Assembly (NCBI GenBank): GCA_963811535.1
Contig: CAWERF010000008.1
Span: 35,703-99,702, forward strand
DNA: 64,000 nucleotides
Reading direction: 5' to 3'
Source: an uncultured Actinomycetota bacterium
GTDB lineage: Bacteria > Actinomycetota > Actinomycetes > Mycobacteriales > Mycobacteriaceae
In this document: piece by piece, positions 34,511-44,634 of the stretch
Layout of the letters: the number at the start of each line of letters is the position of its first letter
Numbering within the stretch: position 1 is the first letter of the stretch
The notes under the pieces: model-generated
The model's database searches: none
The model's input: the letters and a program-made list of their open reading frames with translations, nothing else
Told to the model about the DNA's origin: nothing
Made by a program: the position numbers and the translations under genes

Positions 34511-35909
34511 ATTGTCCGCATCGGACGCGGCCTTCTACACCCTGGAGGAGACCGCGACCCCGATGTACGTCGGGTCGCTGTCGATCCTGCGTCGCCCCCG
34601 CGCCGGGCTGAGCTACGAGAGCCTTCTCACGACGGTCGAGAAGCGGTTGCCGCAGATCCCGCGCTACCGGCAGAAGGTCCGCGAGGTCACGCTGGGCCTG
34701 GCCCGGCCCGTGTGGGTCGATGATCGCGACTTCGACATCACCTACCACATCCGCAGTTCCGCGCTGCCGTCACCGGGAACAGACGACCAGCTGCACGACC
34801 TGATCGCCCGGCTCGCCTCCCACCCGCTGGACCGGACGCGGCCGCTGTGGGAGATGTACCTGGTCGAGGGCTTGGCCAGGAACCGGGTCGCGATCTACAC
34901 CAAGTCGCACCAGGCGCTCGTCAACGGGATGACCGCGCTGGAGGTCGGGCACGTGATCGCCGACCGCGCCCAGCGCTCACCGGATTTCGGCGAGGACATC
35001 TGGATTCCGGCACGGGAACCCAGCAACACGGAGTTGGTGGCCGGCGCGATCGGCGAATGGATCGTCCGCCCCACAACGCAGCTGGCGGCGGTCCGATCGG
35101 CGGTCGCCGACATCGCGACCAATGCTGGCTACCTCGCCGACATCGGCCGCTCCGCCGCGCACACGGCCCGCACGATCATCCGCGGCACGGCCCCGAGCAG
35201 CCCGTTGAACGCCACCGTGTCGCGCAATCGGCGGTTCAGCGTGGCCAGCGCTCCCCTGGAGCACTACCGCCAATTGCGGTCCCGCTACGCCTGCGACGTC
35301 AACGACGTCGTGCTCGCGGTGGTGGCGGGGGCTCTGCGCAACTGGCTGCTCTCGCGCGGCGAACCCGTCACACCCACGTCGACGGTGCGGGCGATGGCGC
35401 CGATGTCGGTGTATCCGGAGGCCGATCTGGACACCAACGCCGGGCCGGGTCAGGCGATCAGTGAGGTGTCGCCTTTTCTGGTCAACCTCCCGGTCGGCGA
35501 GGGCAATGCGGTGGTGCGGTTGTCGCAGATCGCGCACGCGACCGAGTCGCACCCCACCCCGACGCGGGTGGACGCGCGCACCATCGTCACGCTGTCCGGC
35601 TTCGCCCCTCCGACCCTGCACGCGATGGGCATCCGCGTGGCGACGACGTACTCGGCCCGGGTTTTCAACCTGCTGATGACCAACGTTCCGGGGCCGCAGT
35701 CGCAGATGTACGTCGCAGGCGCGAAACTACTCGAGACGTATGCCGTGCCGCCGTTGTTGTACAACCAGGTGCTGGCCATCGGCGCGACCTCTTATTGCGG
35801 GAATGTGTATTACGGCATCAACGCCGACCGCGACGCGATGAGCGACGTGGATGTGTTCCCGACACTGCTGCGCGAATCGCTCGAGGAGCTGCTGGAGGCC
35901 GCGCAGTAG
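34500..35909 (+). CDS. wax ester synthase/diacylglycerol acyltransferase (Tgs family)
   Basis: 469 aa. The active-site HHxxxDG is present in variant form as SHQALVNGM, so activity should be checked. The N-terminus MYVGSLSIL and the C-terminal PGPQSQMYVAGAKL and NxTxxSY-like region are typical. Confidence 0.85.
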   Translation: MVTRLSASDAAFYTLEETATPMYVGSLSILRRPRAGLSYESLLTTVEKRLPQIPRYRQKVREVTLGLARPVWVDDRDFDITYHIRSSALPSPGTDDQLHDLIARLASHPLDRTRPLWEMYLVEGLARNRVAIYTKSHQALVNGMTALEVGHVIADRAQRSPDFGEDIWIPAREPSNTELVAGAIGEWIVRPTTQLAAVRSAVADIATNAGYLADIGRSAAHTARTIIRGTAPSSPLNATVSRNRRFSVASAPLEHYRQLRSRYACDVNDVVLAVVAGALRNWLLSRGEPVTPTSTVRAMAPMSVYPEADLDTNAGPGQAISEVSPFLVNLPVGEGNAVVRLSQIAHATESHPTPTRVDARTIVTLSGFAPPTLHAMGIRVATTYSARVFNLLMTNVPGPQSQMYVAGAKLLETYAVPPLLYNQVLAIGATSYCGNVYYGINADRDAMSDVDVFPTLLRESLEELLEAAQ

Positions 35910-35931
35910 CGCATAGCAGTAAGATTCGGCA

Positions 35932-36795
35932 GTGGGCAAGGACACTCCGGGGAAGGCCGCCAAGGCGAAGAAGCCGCGGCGACGCAAGGTCCCCAACGAC
36001 ATCTACGAAGCCGAATTGTTCCGTCTGCAAGCGGAATTCGTGAAGCTGCAGGAGTGGACCCGGCACACCGCTGCCCGGATCGTGATCGTGTTCGAGGGCC
36101 GTGACGCGGCCGGCAAAGGCGGCACGATCAACCGGATCACCGAATACCTCAGCCCTCGCGTCGCGCGCATCGCGGCGCTGCCCATGCCGACCGACCGCGA
36201 ACGCGGCCAGTGGTACTTCCAGCGCTACATCGCGCACCTGCCGGCCAAAGGCGAGATCGTGCTGTTCGACCGGTCGTGGTACAACCGGGCCGGTGTTGAA
36301 AAGGTGATGGGATTCTGTACGCCGCAAGAGCATTCGCTGTTCTTGCGGCAGACACCGATCTTCGAGCAGATGCTGATCGACGACGGCATCCTGCTGCGCA
36401 AATACTGGTTCTCGGTATCCGACAACGAGCAGCTGCGACGGTTTCGGTCGCGGCTCAACGATCCGGTGCGGCAGTGGAAACTAAGCCCGATGGACCTGGA
36501 GTCGGTGTACCGATGGGATGACTACTCGCGGGCGCGCGATGAGATGATGGTGCACACCGACACCCCGATAAGCCCGTGGTACGTCGTCGAATCCGACGTC
36601 AAAAAGCATGCGCGATTGAACATGATGGCGCATCTGCTGTCGACGATCGACTACCACGATGCGCCGCGGCCGGACGTGGAGCTTCCGCGGCGGCCGGTGC
36701 ACTCGGGCAACTACCGCAGGCCGCCGCGTGAGTTGTACAACTACGTCGACGACTACGTCGCGGAGTTGCTCGGCGACCCGGAGCTGACGTCGTAA
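35932..36795 (+). CDS. ppk2: polyphosphate kinase 2
   Basis: 287 aa. Walker A FEGRDAAGKGGTI, DRSWYNRAGVE, and WKLSPMDLES (PPK2 lid). Confidence 0.9.
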   Translation: MGKDTPGKAAKAKKPRRRKVPNDIYEAELFRLQAEFVKLQEWTRHTAARIVIVFEGRDAAGKGGTINRITEYLSPRVARIAALPMPTDRERGQWYFQRYIAHLPAKGEIVLFDRSWYNRAGVEKVMGFCTPQEHSLFLRQTPIFEQMLIDDGILLRKYWFSVSDNEQLRRFRSRLNDPVRQWKLSPMDLESVYRWDDYSRARDEMMVHTDTPISPWYVVESDVKKHARLNMMAHLLSTIDYHDAPRPDVELPRRPVHSGNYRRPPRELYNYVDDYVAELLGDPELTS

Positions 36796-37292
36796 TGCGG
36801 GTCTACATTCCGGTGACGCTGACCATGCTGCAGCGACTGGTCGCCGACCGCATGCTGCACGCCGTGAACGGCACCGCTTTCGCGGTCACCCCGAGGCTGC
36901 GGGAGGCCTACGCCGAGGGCGACGACGACGAGCTTGCCGACGTGGCGCTTCGCGACGCGGCGCTGGCATCGTTGCGGCTGCTGGGTGGCGAGGATCCCGA
37001 CAAACTGCCCCGGCGGCGCGCCGTGCTGGTGGCCGACGTCGACGACGCGACGCCGCGCCCCGACCTCGACGATGCCGTGGTGCGGCTAGCCCGGCCGGTG
37101 CCCTTTGACCGGGTGATCTGCGCGCACGTCGACAACGCGGACGCCGAATCCGCGGTGGCCGCCGCGATCGATGCGATCGACGCCGCCGACCTGGGCGACG
37201 AGGACGCCGACCTCGTCGTGGGTGACGCGGAGGACCATGACCTGGCGTGGTACGCGCCGCAGGAGCTGCCATTTCTGTTGGAGCTTCTCTGA
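36795..37292 (+). CDS. conserved acidic hypothetical protein (Rv3231c-like)
   Basis: 165 aa. ATG overlaps the ppk2 stop codon. Good GC3 bias. No recognisable domain. Confidence 0.5.
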   Translation: MRVYIPVTLTMLQRLVADRMLHAVNGTAFAVTPRLREAYAEGDDDELADVALRDAALASLRLLGGEDPDKLPRRRAVLVADVDDATPRPDLDDAVVRLARPVPFDRVICAHVDNADAESAVAAAIDAIDAADLGDEDADLVVGDAEDHDLAWYAPQELPFLLELL

Positions 37293-37299
37293 CCAGGCG

Positions 37300-37338
37300 G
37301 CTTGTTACGCCACCGTAGGTTACGGTACCGTAGGTTCT
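37300..37338 (+). promoter_or_regulatory. three 15-bp-phased direct copies of a GTAGGTTAC-like motif upstream of the desaturase-reductase gene
   Basis: gcttgttac (37300-08, 6/9), gtaggttac (37315-23) and gtaggttct (37330-38). The embedded 12-bp palindrome tacggtaccgta spans 37321-32. The same 9-mer recurs upstream of desA3. Confidence 0.5.
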
Positions 37339-37371
37339 AATGGACGGACTTACGGGACGGACTGACGGAGA

Positions 37372-38514
37372 GTGATGGGTTCGAAAATCCGCAAGCCCAT
37401 CGCGGTCGTCGCCGAGACGCGCCGACGGACGGTGAAGGGGACCGCCGGGAAGCACCCGGTCTGGAAGACGCTGCGCGCGGTGGCCGGCCAGATCACGACG
37501 CCGTTGTTGCCTGACGACTATCTGCAGCTGGCCAACCCGCTGTGGTCGGCACGGGAACTGCGGGGCCGCGTGCTGGAGGTGCGCCGCGAGACCACCGACT
37601 CAGCCACGTTGGTGATCAAGCCTGGCTGGGGGTTCGAATTCAATTACCAGCCCGGCCAGTACATCGGGATCGGGCTGCTGGTAAACGGGCGATGGCGGTG
37701 GCGGTCGTACTCGCTCACGTCGAGTCCGCTGACCGGCAATCGGACGATCACTATCACCGTGAAGGCAATGCCCGAGGGATTCCTGTCGACCCACCTGGTC
37801 GGCGGCGTCGCGCCGGGCACGATCGTGCGGCTGGCCGCGCCGCAGGGCAATTTCGTGATGCCCGATCCCGCGCCGGCGTCGGTGCTGTTCCTCACGGGTG
37901 GTTCCGGCATCACCCCAGTGATGTCGATGCTGCGCACCATGGCCCGCCGCGGCCAGGTCATCGATGTCGTGCACGTGCATTCGGCCCCGACCGAATACGA
38001 CGCAATGTTCGCCGGCGAGTTGGCCGAGCTCGTGCGCAGGTATCCGGGTTACCGGCTGAAATTGCGCTTCACCCGAGCCGAGGGGCGGCTGGATATGGCC
38101 ACGCTCGGCGATGAGGTGCCGGACTGGCGTGATCGCCAGGCGTGGGCGTGCGGCCCCGAGGGCTTGCTCACCGCGGCCGAACGGGTGTGGGCCGATGCGC
38201 GCATCGCCGGGCAGTTGCATCTCGAGCGGTTCGCGGCCTCGCGCGCCGCGGCACATGGTGCGGGCGGCACCGTGACATTCGCGCGCAGCGGTAAAGCGGT
38301 GGCCGCTGACGCTGCGACATCGCTGATGGACGCTGGCGAAAACGCCGGTGTGCAAATGCCTTTCGGCTGCCGAATGGGCATCTGCCAGTCCTGTGTCGTC
38401 GGCCTGCTCGATGGCTACGTCCGCGACCTGCGCACCGGCGCCGAGCACGAGCCGGGAACGCGGGTGCAGACGTGCATCTCGGCGGCGTCCGGAGACTGCG
38501 TGCTGGACGTTTGA
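37372..38514 (+). CDS. ferredoxin-NAD(P) reductase-type oxidoreductase with C-terminal 2Fe-2S domain (Rv3230c-like, DesA3 electron donor)
   Basis: 380 aa. FAD-binding RSYSL, NAD-binding GGSGITP, and a plant-type ferredoxin Cys cluster CRMGICQSC...C. Confidence 0.85.
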   Translation: MMGSKIRKPIAVVAETRRRTVKGTAGKHPVWKTLRAVAGQITTPLLPDDYLQLANPLWSARELRGRVLEVRRETTDSATLVIKPGWGFEFNYQPGQYIGIGLLVNGRWRWRSYSLTSSPLTGNRTITITVKAMPEGFLSTHLVGGVAPGTIVRLAAPQGNFVMPDPAPASVLFLTGGSGITPVMSMLRTMARRGQVIDVVHVHSAPTEYDAMFAGELAELVRRYPGYRLKLRFTRAEGRLDMATLGDEVPDWRDRQAWACGPEGLLTAAERVWADARIAGQLHLERFAASRAAAHGAGGTVTFARSGKAVAADAATSLMDAGENAGVQMPFGCRMGICQSCVVGLLDGYVRDLRTGAEHEPGTRVQTCISAASGDCVLDV

Positions 38515-38527
38515 TCTTTACTGACAG

Positions 38528-38566
38528 GTAACCTACTGGATCGTAGGTTACGCTAACGTAGGTTAC
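38528..38566 (+). promoter_or_regulatory. three 15-bp-phased GTAGGTTAC motifs (one inverted, two direct) immediately upstream of desA3
   Basis: gtaacctac (38528-36), gtaggttac (38543-51) and gtaggttac (38558-66). The first two form a perfect 9-bp inverted repeat with a 6-nt spacer. The GAGGAGG RBS and the ATG at 38584 follow. Confidence 0.55.
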
Positions 38567-38583
38567 GACCGAGAGGAGGCACG

Positions 38584-39849
38584 ATGGCGATTTCTGACGT
38601 CGAGGCATTTGCGCACCTGACCGATGCCGACATAGAGAACCTGGCCGTTGAGCTTGATGCGATCCGCCAGGACATCGAGGACTCCCGTGGTGAGCGCGAC
38701 GCGCGCTACATTCGCCGCACCATTGCGGCGCAGCGCGCGCTGGAGGTCGCGGGCCGGGTGGTGCTGGCGGCGAGCTCCAAACGGTCGGCCTGGTGGGCCG
38801 GGACCGTGACGCTGGGCGTGGCGAAGATCGTTGAGAACATGGAGATCGGCCACAACGTCATGCACGGCCAGTGGGATTGGATGAATGATCCCGAGATCCA
38901 CTCGTCGACGTGGGAGTGGGACATGAGTGGGGCGTCCAAACACTGGCGGTTCACCCACAACTTCCAGCATCACAAGTACACGAACATTCTCGGCATGGAC
39001 GACGACGTGGGCTACGGCATGCTGCGCGTGACCCGCGATCAGCGCTGGAAGAAGTACAACGTCGGCAACCTGTTGTTCAACACCGTCCTCGCGCTCGGCT
39101 TCGAGTGGGGAGTCGGGTTGCAGCACTTGGAACTTGGAAAGATGTTCAAGGGTCGCGACAACCGCGCGGCGACGCTGGTACGGGTGCGTGAGTTCTCGAC
39201 GAAGGCGGGGCACCAGGTCTTCAAGGATTACGTCGCGTTCCCGGCGGTGACCTCGCTGTCGCCCGCGGCGACCTACAAGTCCACACTCAAGGCCAACGTG
39301 CTGGCCAACATCATCCGCAATGTGTGGTCCAACGCCGTGATCTTCTGCGGCCACTTCCCTGACGGCGCAGAGAAGTTCACCAAGACCGACATGGTCGGCG
39401 AGACGAAAGGTCAGTGGTACCTGCGCCAGATGCTGGGCAGCGCCAACTTCGACGCCCGCCCGGCGATGCGGTTCATGAGTGGCAACCTCTGCCACCAGAT
39501 CGAGCATCACCTGTACCCGGACCTGCCCAGCAACCGGCTTGCCGAGATTGGGGTGCGGGTTCGCCAGGTCTGCGACAAGTACGACCTGCCCTACACGTCG
39601 GGCTCGTTTTTGTTGCAGTACGGCAAGACGTGGCGGACGATCGCCAAGCTGTCGCTGCCGAACACCTACCTGTCCGATACCGCCGACGATGCACCGGAAA
39701 CCCGCAGCGAAAAGATGTTCGCCGAGCTGGAGCCGGGCTTCGCGCACACCGACCCGGCGACCGGGCGACGCCGCGGGCTCAAGACGGCGATAGCGACCGT
39801 GCGAGGGTGGCGCCACAACCGCCGGGCGAAGCGGGGGAGGGCCGCCTGA
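38584..39849 (+). CDS. desA3: membrane stearoyl/palmitoyl-CoA delta-9 desaturase DesA3
   Basis: 421 aa. Histidine boxes HNVMHGQW, HNFQHH and HQIEHHLYP. Confidence 0.9.
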   Translation: MAISDVEAFAHLTDADIENLAVELDAIRQDIEDSRGERDARYIRRTIAAQRALEVAGRVVLAASSKRSAWWAGTVTLGVAKIVENMEIGHNVMHGQWDWMNDPEIHSSTWEWDMSGASKHWRFTHNFQHHKYTNILGMDDDVGYGMLRVTRDQRWKKYNVGNLLFNTVLALGFEWGVGLQHLELGKMFKGRDNRAATLVRVREFSTKAGHQVFKDYVAFPAVTSLSPAATYKSTLKANVLANIIRNVWSNAVIFCGHFPDGAEKFTKTDMVGETKGQWYLRQMLGSANFDARPAMRFMSGNLCHQIEHHLYPDLPSNRLAEIGVRVRQVCDKYDLPYTSGSFLLQYGKTWRTIAKLSLPNTYLSDTADDAPETRSEKMFAELEPGFAHTDPATGRRRGLKTAIATVRGWRHNRRAKRGRAA

Positions 39850-40911
<1,062 letters not shown>

Positions 40912-40962
40912 CTAGTTTGCCAGCGTTCTGACTCGTCAGCTCGCGTCGAAGCCGTCGGGCGG

Positions 40963-41505
40963 TTATTCGTCGTCTTTCTGCCTGAGATACCGCACTGGGT
41001 GGTGGTACCCGTTGGTTCTGGGTTTGCCGTCGTCCAGGTGGGGTGGTGGTATCCATTCGGTGGTACCGTCGCAGCGTTTTCGGGCTTTCCAGTCCTTGTC
41101 GAGCAGCTTGTGGTGTAGCCCGCAGGCAAATGTCAGGTTGTCGATGTCGGTGCGCCGGCTAAACGCCCACTCGTCGACGTGATGTACCTCGGCGAGATAT
41201 CCCGGTACGTCACATCCCGGGAATGTGCAGCCACGGTCATTGGCGCGACTGCGGGGGTCGGATACTGGTTTGACTGTTCTCGCTGACCTGGCCGCGACCT
41301 GACCAGCGATCTGACCGAAACGGGCGCTGACGCGCTGGGGCAACCGTGATGTTGGCATGTCCCGAAAGTCCGCGATACCGTTGTGGTGAGTAGCAACGAA
41401 CCGGGGCCACCAGCCGGTCGAGCCGGAACGACACAGCCCGCAGTTGAGGGGGCCACTGGAAGCCAGGCGGGACGATTTCCGAACGCTCCTGCGGGCAGTT
41501 GGCAC
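40963..41505 (-). pseudogene. DUF222/HNH endonuclease of the REP13E12 type, C-terminal part only
   Basis: RGCTFPGCDVPGYLAEVHHVDEWA...NLTFACGLHHKLL...WIPPPHLD is the HNH C-terminus. Full-length members are about 450 aa, and no matching N-terminal half lies upstream. Confidence 0.7.
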
Positions 41506-41600
41506 ACGCGCGAATTGGTACGCGCGTGAAGTTGTACGACTGCCTTAAACGCAGCGTTTCGGGTCCAGCAGCTTGACGCTCCCCCGTTCCCCTCACCCTT

Positions 41601-41771
41601 GTGAAGGCTGTACCAATGTCTCGTGCTATGTCCCCAACGAAACACGTTGCCGCTCCGCCCGTCTCGCGCGCAGTGAGCATCGCCGAATTCGCCGAAATCA
41701 ACGGCGTCAGTGAATCTCTTATCCGCCGTGCGGTCGGCAACGGCACGATCCCCAGTTACCGCGTGGGCGGG
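41601..41771 (+). pseudogene. excisionase/MerR-type HTH protein, N-terminal fragment
   Basis: VSIAEFAEINGVSESLIRRAVGNGTIPSYRVGG matches the excisionase-type helix-turn-helix pattern and then loses it at about 41771. Confidence 0.45.
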
Positions 41772-41930
41772 CCAGTCCTTCCACAGCCACACGCGGGTAA
41801 GCTGACCCGCATAGACCGGGTCGTGCTCTAAGTACCACTTGCAAATGCGTTCAAATTGTTTGCCGCGTCGATCCCGGTCGGGATCTAACTCGCGTAGGAG
41901 ATCAGCGAGCGCGGCCACGATGAAGCTCAT
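41769..41930 (-). pseudogene. restriction-endonuclease-like (PD-(D/E)xK) N-terminus of a helicase/restriction protein, first 54 codons
   Basis: MSFIVAALADLLRELDPDRDRRGKQFERICKWYLEHDPVYAGQLTRVWLWKDWP resembles the N-terminus of DEAD-box/restriction-type proteins. Similarity stops at about 41770. Confidence 0.4.
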
Positions 41931-42334
41931 AGCTTTTAGTCGGAGGGTGCGGTGCGCAGAAAACCGAAACGATGGCCGTCATTCTCTGCGCTCCTACTGA
42001 CCCGATGGGCCGCCTGCACCGTGCCTTTACATTGCGCTGGCCCGCCTGGCCACTGACAGGGCACTTAGGCCCTTTGCTGCCAGGCCGTAATGCCCGAGTC
42101 GGCGGATAATTCACTCAATTGCTCGCAGTCGGCGAGCCGGTTCGCTGCACCGATGGCCGGTGGATGATCCGGCCACCCCAGCACTGCCCGCGCGGGCACC
42201 GGTTCGCGCCGGGCCGGGTGCTCGTCGGTCACGTGCCATGCGGCTGTGGTCAGCGACAGGGCGGGGCTGCACCGGCATAACCGCAGTAGCTGGTTTGCCC
42301 GTCGGTGATGCGGCTGGTTGCTTATGGTTAGCCG

Positions 42335-42514
42335 GTGGAGGGCACTCCGTTCGGGCGCTACCGCCTGATCGCGTTGTTGGGCCGCGGCGGCATGGGCGAA
42401 GTGTGGCGCGCGCATGACACGGCGCCCAACAACCGCACGGTGGCGATCAAACTGTTGCCGCCCCATTTGGCTGAGGACGACACGTTCGTGCAGCGGTTCC
42501 GCCGGGAAGCCGAT
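42335..42514 (+). pseudogene. Ser/Thr protein kinase, N-lobe fragment (60 codons)
   Basis: FGRYRLIALLGRGGMGEVWRAHD (Gly-rich loop), VAIKLL (catalytic Lys) and FRREA. The kinase sequence ends at about 42515. Confidence 0.6.
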
Positions 42515-42515
42515 G

Positions 42516-42713
42516 CGATGGTTCGCCGAAATCACCATGAAGCTGATCCGGCGCGGGGTGCACCACTCGGTCAAACACCTCGCCGCCGACATCACCCGCT
42601 GGGCTGACAACTGGAACGCCAACCCAAAACCCTACGTATGGACCAAAACCGCCGACGATATCCTCGAATCACTCGCCACATATTGTCAGCGAATTTCTGA
42701 CTCACAACACTAG
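42516..42713 (+). mobile_element. IS630-family transposase, C-terminal 65 codons only
   Basis: In the frame of ORF 42414..42713: RWFAEITMKLIRRGVHHSVKHLAADITRWADNWNANPKPYVWTKTADDILESLATYCQRISDSQH*. This is the typical IS630 C-terminus. No DDE core lies upstream. Confidence 0.6.
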
Positions 42714-42951
42714 GTTCAGAATGCCGAGTGGTGACAGCGACGAAGTTCGGTGCGGTATCAACAAGACCGTTCTAGGCTGAGCAGCAGAGCAAAGTTACTA
42801 AGAGGTGCTGCGGTGAAACTACCACTCACTAAAGGCCTAAAGCGCCACTGAGGCCCTCCACAGCCGCCCTCGTCGTGGCGTCCGACGTATGACCGTAGGG
42901 CACTGCCAGCCGGGTCGAACAGCGCCGCGCTGCTCTGGCGTCAGCGGTGGC

Positions 42952-43083
42952 CCAAACATCGTCGCCCTCGGCCAGGGCGGTCAGCAGATTCTCCCGGATT
43001 TCCTGCTTGACTCCCCGTTCACGATCACCGGCGGCACGAAATTCGCCAACGGTGCGGGGCAGATTGCTCGGTGATGTCACCAC
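42952..43083 (-). pseudogene. ChlI/MoxR-like AAA+ ATPase, first ~44 codons
   Basis: PRTVGEFRAAGDRERGVKQEIRENLLTALAEGDDVW resembles the N-terminus of Rv0958-type ATPases as I recall them. No P-loop follows. Confidence 0.3.
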
Positions 43084-43145
43084 TCCACGCTACGACGGTG
43101 CCGCCGATACGGCACTGCGTCCTCCCTCCGAGGAGTCTTCTGACA

Positions 43146-43183
43146 CGAAGGTCGGGCAATCTGGATCGATTGCCCGACCTTCG
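43146..43183 (-). terminator. 15-bp perfect stem, 8-nt loop hairpin downstream of the LGFP lipoprotein gene
   Basis: cgaaggtcgggcaat-ctggatcg-attgcccgaccttcg, 46 nt after the stop at 43229. No U-tract, as is common in mycobacteria. Confidence 0.45.
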
Positions 43184-43228
43184 GTAGAGGACTTTTGAGC
43201 CCACCGGAACGGTGGACTCTCAGACCGG

Positions 43229-43783
43229 CTAGCTCATGGTGACAGTCGCGTCCTCATCGCCTGTTTTAAAGGTGACCGTGCCGTGCTCGAACACCGACTT
43301 GAAAGAGCCGTCGGGGAGGATTTGCTCGTCAGAGGTCGGATAGCCCAGCTTGCCCTGCGAACCATCCAACTTGTTCCACTGGTCGCGGATCTTGCCCCAT
43401 ACGAAGTAGACCGGGTTCCCAGTCCTATAAATGAGCACACCGCCGTCGAACTGCTGGTAGACACCGCTGCCGTCCTTGGTCGGATGCTGGTTGTCGAACG
43501 GTTTGCCCAGGTCCTTCAGTTGAGCTTCGGTAAGAGTCTGGTACCTCGCGAGAATTGGTCCTTCCACGGTGTACGACGTGCCGTTGGCACCAGGGATGGT
43601 TGTAGTTGCGCCCGCGACCGCACTACTGATTGCGGACGTCGCGGACGACGCGGCCGAAGACATCGCGGACGAGGCTGAACTTGCTGTTTCGCTGGATTTG
43701 CTCGCGTGGCATCCGGAACCGATCAGAGCAAATCCCGCAATCGCAGCGGTAAATGCCACTGTTCGTTTAGTAATTGCGCGCAT
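43229..43783 (-). CDS. secreted/lipoprotein with LGFP repeats
   Basis: The ORF 43229..43825 was trimmed to the ATG at 43783 (MRAITKRTVAFTAAIAGFALIGSGC; signal peptide with a non-canonical lipobox), followed by a Ser/Ala linker. Two LGFP-type repeats (LGKPFDNQ...FDGGVLIY, LGYPTSDE...FEHGTVTF). Confidence 0.7.
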   Translation of the reverse strand: MRAITKRTVAFTAAIAGFALIGSGCHASKSSETASSASSAMSSAASSATSAISSAVAGATTTIPGANGTSYTVEGPILARYQTLTEAQLKDLGKPFDNQHPTKDGSGVYQQFDGGVLIYRTGNPVYFVWGKIRDQWNKLDGSQGKLGYPTSDEQILPDGSFKSVFEHGTVTFKTGDEDATVTMS

Positions 43784-44014
43784 CTCATTCCTCTCGAATT
43801 GGTACGACGGCCATCGGCATACCAAACCGGAGCCTATTCCGGTCCGCGACCGCCCAGCAAGAGAGGAAATTCGCAGGCTCGCGAGCGGAGCTGGGGCGAT
43901 TTGTCGTACGACCCGTCCACCAGTGGCGTGCTCCGGTCAGGTACAAAGTGACGCCGGCGTTGCCCGCCGCACGATGTCGTCGGATGACGCCGCCGCGCAC
44001 GTTCGCCGATCGGC

Positions 44015-44433
44015 TCAGCCGATGCCCATGTACGGGCGGTTGATCAGGGACGGGAAGACGTTGTCGGCCACCCACTTGTCCAGCATGAGCTGCTCCCAGG
44101 TCTTCGGCGGCGGCGAAAGCCGGTCAGCGGTGCATCGTCGCGGCTGGGCGAGATCCCCTATGTTCGCGATGGCGAGGGGCTACGCATCGATGGCGGACGC
44201 AATCGTCACCAAGGTCTACCGCGATGCGCCCCATTTTGAAGGTGCCGTCGCCCTGGAACGTTTCGCAGACCACGCCGTCGAAATCGCGCGCTGAGGAGGA
44301 TGACACCGGCCAGCAGCGACTAGACCGCGCCGTTCTCTTCGCCTTCGAGCGCATCATCACGGACCGGGCGGTCGGCGAGTTCTTCGGTGATCGGCGGCGC
44401 GCCGGCCACATTGTCCTGATATCGTCTTGACAT
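44015..44433 (-). pseudogene. degraded NTF2/SnoaL-like gene (in-frame TAG plus at least two frameshifts)
   Basis: Three GC3-rich minus-strand frame segments: MSRRYQDNVAGAPPITEELADRPVRDDALEGEENGAV*SLLAGVILLSAR / DFDGVVCETFQGDGTFKMGRIAVDLGDDCV / PLAIANIGDLAQ...KTWEQLMLDKWVADNVFPSLINRPYMGIG*. The family call rests only on the RDFDG...DGTF pattern. Confidence 0.3.
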
Positions 44434-44634
44434 TTTGTACAGCTGATCTAGATACCAACTTTGACCTGCATAAACACTGGTGCGCGATACTGGGATTGAA
44501 TCAGTCACGGCTTGCCAAACGGCGAGGACGCTTTCGCCTAATCTGCTATCTCCGAACCTTTTTGGTGGCGGGGGAGTTGGCGGACTTCGCCCCTGTTGGT
44601 CAGTCGGTCTTCTGCCCAGGGCTGGCAGTTATGT

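Noticed and set aside
42065-42622. 185-aa minus-strand ORF across the kinase stub.
   Set aside because: It is antisense to a recognisable kinase N-lobe and IS630 tail, is R/A/H-rich and has no motifs. The 42065-42334 part may hide yet another stub, but I could not assign it.
43826-44014. Plus-strand ORF 43569..44294 (241 aa) and a possible antitoxin-like reading (MADAIVTKVYRDAPHFEGAVALERFADHAVEIAR).
   Set aside because: Its first half is antisense to the LGFP gene. Third-position GC favours the minus-strand frames in 44015-44433, so the plus-strand reading was dropped in favour of a degraded minus-strand gene.
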